Assembly: GCA_038248985.1 (NCBI GenBank)
Contig: JBBRWV010000005.1
Span: 1-54,565, forward strand
Direction of reading: 5' to 3'
Length of the DNA stretch: 54,565 bases
Origin: Phycisphaerae bacterium
Lineage (GTDB): Bacteria > Planctomycetota > Phycisphaerae > WQYP01
The position numbers and the translations under genes were made by a program. Below are positions 26,599-35,602 of this stretch, piece after piece (positions within the stretch are counted from its first letter, which is position 1; every line of letters begins with the position of its first letter). Under the pieces are notes generated by a model. The model saw nothing but the letters and a program-made list of their open reading frames with translations, was not told where the DNA came from and ran no database searches.

Positions 26599-28170
26599 AT
26601 GCAACGCATCGAAATATACGATACGACACTACGCGACGGCACCCAGGGCGAGGGCGTCTCGCTCTCCGTACAAGATAAACTGTTGATCTCACGCAAACTG
26701 GATGACTTGGGCATCGACTACATCGAAGGCGGTTACCCGCTTTCGAACCCGAAAGACGCGGCCTTTTTTGAAGAAGCCAAGTCGCTGAAACTGAACCATG
26801 CGAAACTCGTCGCCTTTGGCATGACACGTCGCAAGGGAATCAAGGCGGCCGACGACATTGGCTTGAATGCCCTGCGTGACGCGGAAACGGAATTTGTCAC
26901 GGTCGTAGGTAAGACCTGGGACCTCCACGTTACGGACGTGCTGAATGTTTCCCTCGAAGAAAATCTGGACATGATCGCGGATTCCATTGCCTATCTGACG
27001 GCGCTGGGACGCAAGGTTGTGTATGACGCTGAACATTTTTTTGATGGCACGGCGGCGAATCGCGACTACGGGCTCAAGACACTGGAAATCGCCGCGCAGG
27101 CCGGCGCCGTGCTGATATGCCTGTGTGACACCAACGGCGGCAGCATGCCGGAGCGCATTGCGGAGTTTGTCAGGGGGGCCCGCGGTTGCGTTAAAACGCC
27201 CATCGGCATTCACCCACATAATGATTGCGGCGTGGCTACGGCCAATGCGCTGGCTGCCGTCAAAGCCGGGGCGATTCAAGTGCAAGGCACGATGAACGGC
27301 ATCGGCGAGCGTTGCGGCAATGTGGATCTGACCACGGTGATTGCCAACCTGCAATTGAAGATGGGCTATGCCTGTCTGCACGCGGATTCGCTGCAACACC
27401 TCACGGAAGCCGCCCGGTACGTTTACGAAATTGCCAATCTCAATCTCGTGAATGGGCAGCCGTATGTGGGGCCATCCGCCTTTGCCCACAAGGGCGGCAT
27501 GCACGTCCATGCGGTCAACAAGTTAGCTTCCAGCTACGAACATGTGACGCCGGTCTGCGTCGGCAACAGTCGGCGAATTCTCGTCTCCGAACTTTCCGGC
27601 ATCAGCAACATTTCCGCCAAAGCCGGACGCAAATTCAACATTGAGAAAGACCGGGAAGCGCAAAAACGCATTCTCGATCGCGTGACGCGGCTCGAATCCG
27701 AAGGGTTCGTTTTTGAAGCGGCGGAGGCCAGCTTTGAACTGCTGGTGCGCAAGGAAATCAATCGGCACAAACAGTTTTTCACGCTCGATCACTATCGCTG
27801 TGCCGTCACCCGGGACGGCGAAGAAGCCGCCATTACGCGGGCCAACGTTTCGCTGATCGTGAAGGGTCACGCGGTGAATGCCTCCGCCGAGGGCGATGGT
27901 CCCGTCAATGCCATCGATAACGCGCTGCGGCAGGCTTTGCTGCCGCACTATCCAGCGGTCAAGTCGCTGCGCCTGGTCGACTACAAGGTGCGGGTCGTCA
28001 ACTCCGCGCAAGCGACCGCCGCGAAGGTGCGCGTCGTCATCGAATTCAAATCGCCCCATGGCGTCTTTGGAACCGTCGGCGTCAGCGAAAACGTCATAGA
28101 CGCGTCCTGGCAAGCACTCACTGACGCCCTGGAATACCATCTCGTCCATGAAGAAGAAGCAGCGACGTAA
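26599..28170 (+). CDS. cimA: Citramalate synthase
   Basis: YDTTLRDGTQGEG, VVGKTWDLHV, YDAEHFFDG, HKGGMH, LVSELSG: the CimA subgroup of the LeuA family. Confidence 0.93.
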   Translation: MQRIEIYDTTLRDGTQGEGVSLSVQDKLLISRKLDDLGIDYIEGGYPLSNPKDAAFFEEAKSLKLNHAKLVAFGMTRRKGIKAADDIGLNALRDAETEFVTVVGKTWDLHVTDVLNVSLEENLDMIADSIAYLTALGRKVVYDAEHFFDGTAANRDYGLKTLEIAAQAGAVLICLCDTNGGSMPERIAEFVRGARGCVKTPIGIHPHNDCGVATANALAAVKAGAIQVQGTMNGIGERCGNVDLTTVIANLQLKMGYACLHADSLQHLTEAARYVYEIANLNLVNGQPYVGPSAFAHKGGMHVHAVNKLASSYEHVTPVCVGNSRRILVSELSGISNISAKAGRKFNIEKDREAQKRILDRVTRLESEGFVFEAAEASFELLVRKEINRHKQFFTLDHYRCAVTRDGEEAAITRANVSLIVKGHAVNASAEGDGPVNAIDNALRQALLPHYPAVKSLRLVDYKVRVVNSAQATAAKVRVVIEFKSPHGVFGTVGVSENVIDASWQALTDALEYHLVHEEEAAT

Positions 28171-28217
28171 CCTGAAATTAGCGAAGAAAATTTACCCCTC
28201 GAAGGAACGAAGTAATC

Positions 28218-31118
28218 ATGAAAATTGAACTGCCCTCCCAGTACGACCCGAAAGCGACCGAGGCACCCATCTATGCAAAGTGGCTGGAAACCAAGGCGTT
28301 TCATGCCGTCCCCGATGAACGGACGAACAAGTTTTCGATTGTCATCCCGCCGCCGAACGTGACGGGGGCCCTGCATCTGGGCCATGCGATCAACGGCACG
28401 ATCCAGGATATTTTGACGCGTTACCACCGGATGCTGGGCGACAACACATTGTGGATGCCCGGCATCGATCATGCGGGTATCGCCACGCAGGCAGTGGTGG
28501 AAAAAACAGTTTTTGAAAAGGAAAAGAAATCGCGGCACGACCTGGGACGCGAAGAATTGGTACGCCGCATCTGGGAATGGAAAGAACAGTTTGGGGCGCG
28601 AATTTTGAATCAGCAGGCGCAACTCGGCGCCAGTTGCGATTGGGATCGAACGCGTTTCACTCTGGACGAAGGTTGCGCCAAAGCGGTGCGTGAAGCGTTC
28701 TTCCGCATGTTCAAAGACGGCTTGATTTTCCGCGGCAAGCGACTGGTCAACTGGGATACGCATCTGCAAACCGCCGTCGCCGACGATGAGATCTATCATG
28801 AAACCGTGAAAGGTCAGATGACCTCGATCAAGTACCCGGTGGATGGTTCTCCCGGCGAATATTTGATCGTGGCAACGAGCCGGCCGGAAACCATGCTCGG
28901 CGATACGGCCGTAGCCGTGCATCCCGATGACCCCCGTTACAAACATCTTCACGGCAAGTTCGTGATTCTGCCGCTCATCGGCCGCAAGATCCCCGTGATC
29001 TGCGACGGCCTCCTCGTCGATCCCGCCTTCGGCACCGGCGTCGTGAAAGTCACCCCCGCCCACGATCCCAACGACTACGCCACCGGCGTGCGGCACAATC
29101 TTGAACAAATCAACCTGCTCACCCCCGACGGCAAAGTAAACGAAAATGGTGCCGGCGAATTCCTCGGCAAAGCCTACAGCTACGTCGGCCTGAAATTCGC
29201 CACCGCCACCCGCAAGCAAGTCCTCGCCGATCTCGAAGCTCTCGACCTCATCGCCGAAAAAAAACCGCACGAGCACGAAGTCGGCCATAGCGACCGCAGC
29301 AAGACCCCCATCGAACCATACCTCTCCGACCAATGGTTCGTCCGCATGGGCGATGGCGAAGACGAAATCACCCTCGCCGACGGTACCAAATCCACCGGCC
29401 TCGCCCAAGCCGCCATGACCGCCGTCACCGACGGCCGCGTCAAAATCACCCCCGACCGCTACGCCAAAGGCTACCTCGACTGGCTTGCCAAAAAACGCGA
29501 CTGGTGCATCTCCCGCCAACTCTGGTGGGGCCACAGAATTCCCGTCTGGAGCAAGACGATACCGTCGAACGTTTTGACCGCTGATATTACTAAATATCTT
29601 ACTGGGGATTCTGCGACAGGCGGAATAAGTAAATATCTAAAGGAAGATCGACGTGTCGCGTTTCAATCACGCAAAGATGATCAAACTGGAGAGGTGTTTT
29701 TTTCTGTGTGTATCGGTCATGGTGAGGAAGATGCTGAGCAAGAGTTCGAGTCTAGTGGTTTCGTTCGCGACCCCGACGTCCTCGACACCTGGTTCTCCTC
29801 CGCACTCTGGCCAATCTCCACCATGGGCTGGCCCGCCGCTGGCACCACCTCCGCGCCCGAAGACCAGCTCCTCCCCTACTTCTACCCCACCTCCGTCCTC
29901 TCCACCGCCCGCGACATCCTCACCCTCTGGGTCGCCCGCATGGTCATGTTCGGCCTCTATTGCCAGGGCGATGTGCCCTTCAAAAACGTCTATGTGCATC
30001 CCGTCATCCAGGATGGCGAAGGCAAAATCATGTCCAAGTCCAAAGGCAACGGCGTCGATCCGGTCGACATCGTCAACTCCCACGGTGCCGATGCCATGCG
30101 CTTTACCCTCGCGTCGATGGCCACCGAAACGCAGGACATCCGCATGCCCGTGGTGAAGGATCCCAAGACCGGCACCAACACCTCGCCCAAGTTCGACATC
30201 GGGCGAAATTTCTGCAACAAGATTTGGAACGCGTCACGCTTCATTCTCAGCAATATTGATGAAACTGCCGCGCCCATAGATAACGCGCAGTCCCCGGTAA
30301 GCGTGCTCGAAGACCGCTGGATCCTCTCGCGCCTTCACGCCACGATTCACTCCGTGGAAACCGCAATCGACAGTTTCCACTTCGCCGAAGTCGCTCAATC
30401 CCTGTATCAGTTTTTCTGGACGGACCTGTGCGACTGGTATCTCGAAATCGCCAAGGCTCGCATTCGCTCCAGCGACGCCGTCGTCCAATCCATTCTGCTC
30501 GAATGCCTCACCACCAGCCTCAAACTCCTCCACCCAATGATGCCCTTCATCACCGAAGAAATCTGGAGCAAGCTGCCCCAGGGTTCCTCGATGCTGGTGA
30601 AAACCGCTTGGCCACAGTTCAATGCTGGGCGCAAAGACCCCGCCGCGGATAAGCAGATCGCCATCGTGCAGCAAATCACCTCCGCCATCCGCGAAATCCA
30701 GAATCGCTATCCCGCCGCCAAAGGCAAGGATGTGGTGATCAAGCCGCGCACGCAGGAACTGCAACAGATCATTGAGCAAAATCGTGCGACCATCGAGGTG
30801 CTGGCGTTGGGCACCGAAGCCCACATTTCTGAAAACTCTCTCACCGCCGCGAAACCGGCGGATGCCGCCACCAGCGTTCTCCCCGATGCGGAGCTCTACA
30901 TCGGCGGCGTGATCGATAAAAACGCCGAGGGCATCAAGCTGAAAAAGCGTGCCGAAGAACTACACAAATTCATCGCCGGCAACAACGCGAAGCTGGGCAA
31001 CGAGGCTTTTGTAGCCAAGGCACCGGAGAAGGTGGTCACGGGCCTTCGCGAACAGCTCGCCAAGCAGCAGAATGAACTCTTCGCGATCGAAAAGACTCTC
31101 GCGGAACTCAGCCTATAA
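28218..31118 (+). CDS. valS: Valine--tRNA ligase
   Basis: PPPNVTGALHLGHA (HIGH), DWCISRQLWWGHRIP, DVLDTWFSS, IMSKSKGN (KMSKS), C-terminal coiled coil. Confidence 0.99.
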   Translation: MKIELPSQYDPKATEAPIYAKWLETKAFHAVPDERTNKFSIVIPPPNVTGALHLGHAINGTIQDILTRYHRMLGDNTLWMPGIDHAGIATQAVVEKTVFEKEKKSRHDLGREELVRRIWEWKEQFGARILNQQAQLGASCDWDRTRFTLDEGCAKAVREAFFRMFKDGLIFRGKRLVNWDTHLQTAVADDEIYHETVKGQMTSIKYPVDGSPGEYLIVATSRPETMLGDTAVAVHPDDPRYKHLHGKFVILPLIGRKIPVICDGLLVDPAFGTGVVKVTPAHDPNDYATGVRHNLEQINLLTPDGKVNENGAGEFLGKAYSYVGLKFATATRKQVLADLEALDLIAEKKPHEHEVGHSDRSKTPIEPYLSDQWFVRMGDGEDEITLADGTKSTGLAQAAMTAVTDGRVKITPDRYAKGYLDWLAKKRDWCISRQLWWGHRIPVWSKTIPSNVLTADITKYLTGDSATGGISKYLKEDRRVAFQSRKDDQTGEVFFSVCIGHGEEDAEQEFESSGFVRDPDVLDTWFSSALWPISTMGWPAAGTTSAPEDQLLPYFYPTSVLSTARDILTLWVARMVMFGLYCQGDVPFKNVYVHPVIQDGEGKIMSKSKGNGVDPVDIVNSHGADAMRFTLASMATETQDIRMPVVKDPKTGTNTSPKFDIGRNFCNKIWNASRFILSNIDETAAPIDNAQSPVSVLEDRWILSRLHATIHSVETAIDSFHFAEVAQSLYQFFWTDLCDWYLEIAKARIRSSDAVVQSILLECLTTSLKLLHPMMPFITEEIWSKLPQGSSMLVKTAWPQFNAGRKDPAADKQIAIVQQITSAIREIQNRYPAAKGKDVVIKPRTQELQQIIEQNRATIEVLALGTEAHISENSLTAAKPADAATSVLPDAELYIGGVIDKNAEGIKLKKRAEELHKFIAGNNAKLGNEAFVAKAPEKVVTGLREQLAKQQNELFAIEKTLAELSL

Positions 31119-31146
31119 TCAACCGCCAGCAATATAGAAGGAAACG

Positions 31147-31608
31147 ATGAGCGATACCCAAAAACACCATCCTCTCCCCCAAATCGGCGATGCTGCCCAC
31201 GTTCAGAAAATCATGAACGAAAAAATCGGCCCGATTTCCGAACTCGTCAATCTCGGCGGGCCGGAAATCCCCATGGAAGTCGAGGGTGCCCGCACGGCTG
31301 ACCAAAAGGCGCTGGTGCAGAAAATCATCCAGCAGTTGCTATCCATTTTTGATCCGGAAATCCCGCTGAATATCTATGATCTGGGGCTTATTTATAAGCT
31401 CATTCTCTACCCCACGCACGCCGTCAAAATCCAAATGACGCTCACCGCCCCCGGCTGTCCCGTCGCCGGCGACATCGTGGCGGAGGTCAAAAAACGTGTG
31501 GAATCGATACCGGAAATTCCCGCAGCGGAAATTGAGCTGGTGTGGGAGCCTACCTGGGATCGCTCGCGCCTTTCTGAAGCGGCGCGACTCACTTTGGGCA
31601 TGATGTAG
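31147..31608 (+). CDS. DUF59/SufT-PaaD family Fe-S assembly protein
   Basis: DPEIPLNIYDLGLIY, MTLTAPGCPVA, VWEPTW. Confidence 0.9.
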   Translation: MSDTQKHHPLPQIGDAAHVQKIMNEKIGPISELVNLGGPEIPMEVEGARTADQKALVQKIIQQLLSIFDPEIPLNIYDLGLIYKLILYPTHAVKIQMTLTAPGCPVAGDIVAEVKKRVESIPEIPAAEIELVWEPTWDRSRLSEAARLTLGMM

Positions 31609-31647
31609 GGAAGGGCCTTCACCAGAATTAGAAAATGGCCGCACCAT

Positions 31648-31857
31648 TCAGGCGGCGGTCATCGTTTTCATCCGGCAACGCCAAATTGCCGCCACCAGCC
31701 AATGGCGGAGGCGATCAGTATCACAGGTTTGTAGATATTCTTCCGAAAAATCCAGGCGAATTTCCCCCTGAAAATGGGTCAAATGCGCAATCACGGAAGA
31801 GCGATCCATTTCGCACACTTCGCCGATCACGGATTCATATAATTCGCGTGAACTCAT
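31648..31857 (-). CDS. Small hypothetical protein (69 aa)
   Basis: GAGGA RBS; plausible helical sequence (LDFSEEYLQTCDTDRLRHWLVAA); fills an otherwise empty gap. Confidence 0.65.
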   Translation of the reverse strand: MSSRELYESVIGEVCEMDRSSVIAHLTHFQGEIRLDFSEEYLQTCDTDRLRHWLVAAIWRCRMKTMTAA

Positions 31858-32010
31858 TTCCGATCCTCATTTGCGCAACGACTGGAAATGCCTGCGGCCG
31901 TCTGCGCGCACGATCGCACTCTCTCTATGTCGTCGCGCGACGCGAGTCTGATTAGGAGAATTTTTCAGAATTCATCTTCGCCTGAAAAAATAGAAGGCCC
32001 GGCCCGCCCG

Positions 32011-32814
32011 TCACACCACTACAGCCATCTGCGTGTGTACATACTGCACCGCATTCTGAAACAAAATCAGCCCGTCGGCCGTGCCTCGCCCACGCGTGAA
32101 CTGCGGATGATTCATGGCTTCGGTCACACGCTCCGGATGCGGCATCAACCCCAAAACCCGCCCGGTCACATCGCAAATCCCCGCAATGGCTTCCAGCGAT
32201 CCATTCGGATTTGCCGGATACTCCGTGGCATCCACGTTGGCCTCATCGACATAGCGAAAAGCCACCAGGTCATTCGCCTTGAGCGCCTCAAGAACCACCG
32301 CGTCACGGGCGACAAAACGCCCTTCCCCATGCGCAATCGGCACATCCATCACCGTACCGGCCTTGATCCATTTGCAGATAGATGAAACGGCCTTGATCCG
32401 CACCCACCGGTCCTCAAACTTGCCGGAGGTGTTATATGTAAGCGTGGTTGGATGCCAATCCTCCGCAGCCAATTGCGCCATCGGCCCGGGCAGCAAACCA
32501 CACTTCACGAGAATCTGGAAGCCGTTGCACACGCCAAAAATCATCTTGCCGTCATCCACGAACTGCCGCAGCGCCGGCTTGAGGTGATGAATGATCTGAT
32601 TCGCCAATATTTTGCCGGAGGCGATGTCATCACCGTAAGAAAATCCGCCCGGAAACCCGAGTATCTGATATTCCGCGAACTGCGCAGGATTCTCCAACAG
32701 CACGTTAATGTGCAGTGTCGTCACGCTCGCCCCGGCCAAGGTAAACGCATGGTCCAATTCTTTATCACAATTCGTGCCCGCCGTGCGAACTAGCAGGACC
32801 TTCACATCACTCAT
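32011..32814 (-). CDS. purQ: Phosphoribosylformylglycinamidine synthase subunit I
   Basis: GTNCD, PGGFSYGD, GVCNGFQIL, AHGEG, NPNGS, MPHPER. Confidence 0.97.
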   Translation of the reverse strand: MSDVKVLLVRTAGTNCDKELDHAFTLAGASVTTLHINVLLENPAQFAEYQILGFPGGFSYGDDIASGKILANQIIHHLKPALRQFVDDGKMIFGVCNGFQILVKCGLLPGPMAQLAAEDWHPTTLTYNTSGKFEDRWVRIKAVSSICKWIKAGTVMDVPIAHGEGRFVARDAVVLEALKANDLVAFRYVDEANVDATEYPANPNGSLEAIAGICDVTGRVLGLMPHPERVTEAMNHPQFTRGRGTADGLILFQNAVQYVHTQMAVVV

Positions 32815-32877
32815 GAAAACCTCCGGAAAACCGCGATTGTAACCGCCCTTTCGGAATTCGTCTCGTCGTGGCGCCGC

Positions 32878-33495
32878 TCATCTTGGCACCACTTCTGACT
32901 CCCCCACCGACCGCTCTCCGATCATCAACAGTTTAGCGTAGCTGATGCGCCAATCACTGCCGGCATCGTCCTGCCATTCCAATTCCCATGTCGTTTTCAC
33001 CGGCCCGAAGGCAGTGGTGGTCAGCACCACAAATCGCGTCATCGCCACGCGGTTATTTTTCAGCAACTCCGAGCGCATCGAAGTAATCCGGTTCTCCTTG
33101 ATACCGTAAGACTCCAGGCGCTGGCGAATTTCCTGCGCGGCAATCTGCTCCGTGCCGATGCCAATCGACGGCGAACGAAAATCGCGGTGCAGATACTTGA
33201 TGACCGTTTCCATGTCTTGTTTGCCTGTTGCGGCGGCAACCTCCAGATGCGCCCAACGCAGCCTCTCCGCCGACGTATCCATCGTCAAGGCCATCAACAT
33301 CCACACCCCGGCAAGTGTTAGTATTCCCAGCCCTGCAAGTTGGATACGGCGACTCCCGCCTCCGCGTGCCGTCCACAGCAGCGCCGCCGCAATCGCGCAA
33401 AGCGTAATCCACCATGCCCATTGGCTGCCAAAGAGCCATGACTGCATCCACATTGGCCAACTGGCTGGGGCTCGCCACAGCGCCAGCAATGTCAT
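32878..33495 (-). CDS. Membrane protein with NTF2-like C-terminal domain, unknown function
   Basis: Two TM segments then a soluble domain ending WELEWQ...WRI; start uncertain (33495, 33543 or 33558). Confidence 0.65.
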   Translation of the reverse strand: MTLLALWRAPASWPMWMQSWLFGSQWAWWITLCAIAAALLWTARGGGSRRIQLAGLGILTLAGVWMLMALTMDTSAERLRWAHLEVAAATGKQDMETVIKYLHRDFRSPSIGIGTEQIAAQEIRQRLESYGIKENRITSMRSELLKNNRVAMTRFVVLTTTAFGPVKTTWELEWQDDAGSDWRISYAKLLMIGERSVGESEVVPR

Positions 33496-33580
33496 GCCGT
33501 GCGCTGTCGCGTTGGGCGGCAGTTGCGGTACACTGCTCAACATTAGATTCAGGTCCATTGAAGACTCCCAGGGACGGGAA

Positions 33581-35602
33581 ATGGTCGGCACACTGCAACA
33601 CTCTGCTCATTCTAGTACGCTGTCACATGGCGTGTATGTTCGCAACATTTGCGCGCTGTGGCGATTTGATGCCAGACTCGCCATGGCGCTCGATGCCGTT
33701 CATCCCGACGATATCCCCTCTACCGAGCCCGCAAAAGATAACGCGCCAACCATACGCGTGGCATCCTTCAAGGGGCCACTCTATCTGCATTCGCGTTATA
33801 AACCACTGCAGGAAGCTCAATCCTGGGCGGATTCCATCCCGCTCGAAAGCAAATACGTATTCATCGTCGCCGGCTTTGCCCTGGGGCATCACCTCCGCGC
33901 GCTCTGGGAGAAGCTTCCCGAAGACGCCATGGTGATTGTTTCGGAGCCGAACATCCCGCTGCTTCGTGCCGCATTTGCCGCGCTCGATTATTCCGACCTG
34001 CTCGACACGGGGCGTCTCTTGATCTTCTCTGATCTGGATCGTGGCGCTCTGGTCGAACGCCTCGAACCGCGCAGCGTCCTGCTGGTTTCGGGCACACAAT
34101 TCGCCACCCATCCCCCCAGCGTGCAACTCCAGCCCGACTTCCATGGAGCCTTCCAAAAACTCTTCACTGAGTTCGCAGCCTTCACGCGCACGGGTTTCAT
34201 GACCCTGATGCTCAACAATGTCGCCACCTGTTGCAACATCGCCAACAACATCGGGTGCTACGTCACCTCGCCTCCGATCGACACCATGCACAATGCCTTC
34301 GCTGGCATTCCGGCGGTTCTTGTCGCAGCCGGCCCCAGCCTGCAGAAAAACATGCACCTGCTGCACGAAATCAAAGGCGAAGCTCAGGGCGTCGGCCGGC
34401 GCGCGGTGATTATCGCCGTACAGACCATGCTCAAACCGCTTCTCGCTGCCGGCATCCAGCCCGATTTTGTCACCAGCCTTGACTATAACACCGTCTCCAC
34501 CCGCTTCTTTGAAAATCTCGAAGAAGCCGGAGGAACTGGCCAAACACATCTCGTCGCCGAAGCCAAAGCCAATTGGAATGTCCTGGACGTTTTCCGCGGC
34601 GGAGGGGACGGTGGCGAAATGTCCATAGCTCAAAACGATTTTGCCGATCGCCTTCTCCGGGGCGCATTCCCAAAACGCATGGGCCTCAAGGCCGGAGCGA
34701 CGGTCGCTCATCTCTCCTTCTATCTTGCCGAATTTCTGGGGTGCGAACCCCTGATTCTTATCGGGCAGGACCTGGGTTTTGTTGACGGTCTTTACTACAA
34801 ACCGGGCGTGGCCATTCACGAAACGTGGGCCCCGGAGTTGAGCCGCTTCAACACGCTCGAAACAAAAGAGTGGGAACGCATTGCCCGCAGTCGCGCCATC
34901 TTGCGACAAATACCTGATATTCACGGCCACCCCATGTACACCGAAGAACAGTTCTTTGTTTACCTGCAACAGTTCGAACGCGATTTCGCGGCCTCGCGCT
35001 GCCGCGTCATCGACGCCACCGAAGGCGGGGCCCGCAAGCAACACGTCACCCTGATGAGCTTCCGCCAGGCAATCGACCAATTCTGTTCATCGCCCTCCGC
35101 AGCTCGCAGCAGCATTTCCTTCCCGTGGCGCAACTGGTCGTGCGATACAATAGCGAATCTGCAAAGGGCCAAGGAGGCGCTCACCGCCCAGCAACAATCC
35201 GCACAAAACATGGTCGACACCTGCAACGCCACCGTGCCCTTGCTGGAAGAAATGCAAAAACATCAAAGCGATGAAACACGCATGAACAAACTCTTCATTG
35301 AAGTGGATCGGCTCCGCGGGAAGGTGGGGGACGACCCGCAAACATTTGAAATGGTTTGCCACCTCAACACCACCAGTGAACTGCGGCGCTTCCAGGACGA
35401 TCTGGCCGTGAAGACCGCAAAAAAAGATCCCCTCGAACGCCAGAAACGCCAGCTCATCCGCGATGTGGAATATGTAAAAGGCCTGCGCGTCGGGGCGAAG
35501 CGCCTTGTTGAAATTCTTGCCGAATCCCTGCGCCGGCTGGATCGACAAATCGAAGCGACGCGCACGCGTCAGCCCTGGCCGCGCGAGGTGGCAGGCTCAT
35601 GA
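33581..35602 (+). CDS. Motility-associated factor (Maf/DUF115) glycosyltransferase
   Basis: LHSRYKPLQEA, VAAGPSLQKN, GIQPDFVTSLD, GATVAHLSFYLAEFLGCEPLILIGQDL, IDATEGGA; track start 33152 overlaps the divergent gene. Confidence 0.9.
   Translation: MVGTLQHSAHSSTLSHGVYVRNICALWRFDARLAMALDAVHPDDIPSTEPAKDNAPTIRVASFKGPLYLHSRYKPLQEAQSWADSIPLESKYVFIVAGFALGHHLRALWEKLPEDAMVIVSEPNIPLLRAAFAALDYSDLLDTGRLLIFSDLDRGALVERLEPRSVLLVSGTQFATHPPSVQLQPDFHGAFQKLFTEFAAFTRTGFMTLMLNNVATCCNIANNIGCYVTSPPIDTMHNAFAGIPAVLVAAGPSLQKNMHLLHEIKGEAQGVGRRAVIIAVQTMLKPLLAAGIQPDFVTSLDYNTVSTRFFENLEEAGGTGQTHLVAEAKANWNVLDVFRGGGDGGEMSIAQNDFADRLLRGAFPKRMGLKAGATVAHLSFYLAEFLGCEPLILIGQDLGFVDGLYYKPGVAIHETWAPELSRFNTLETKEWERIARSRAILRQIPDIHGHPMYTEEQFFVYLQQFERDFAASRCRVIDATEGGARKQHVTLMSFRQAIDQFCSSPSAARSSISFPWRNWSCDTIANLQRAKEALTAQQQSAQNMVDTCNATVPLLEEMQKHQSDETRMNKLFIEVDRLRGKVGDDPQTFEMVCHLNTTSELRRFQDDLAVKTAKKDPLERQKRQLIRDVEYVKGLRVGAKRLVEILAESLRRLDRQIEATRTRQPWPREVAGS

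Noticed and set aside
29551-29760. Intein or intron in valS
   Set aside because: Only about 70 codons, in frame, with no intein terminal residues (C/S...HN) and no intron features.
33152-33580. ORF-track N-terminal extensions (Maf from 33152, recA from 54503, iscS from 47505, HDOD from 40170)
   Set aside because: They overlap neighbouring genes or promoters; downstream starts fit RBS and family N-termini better.
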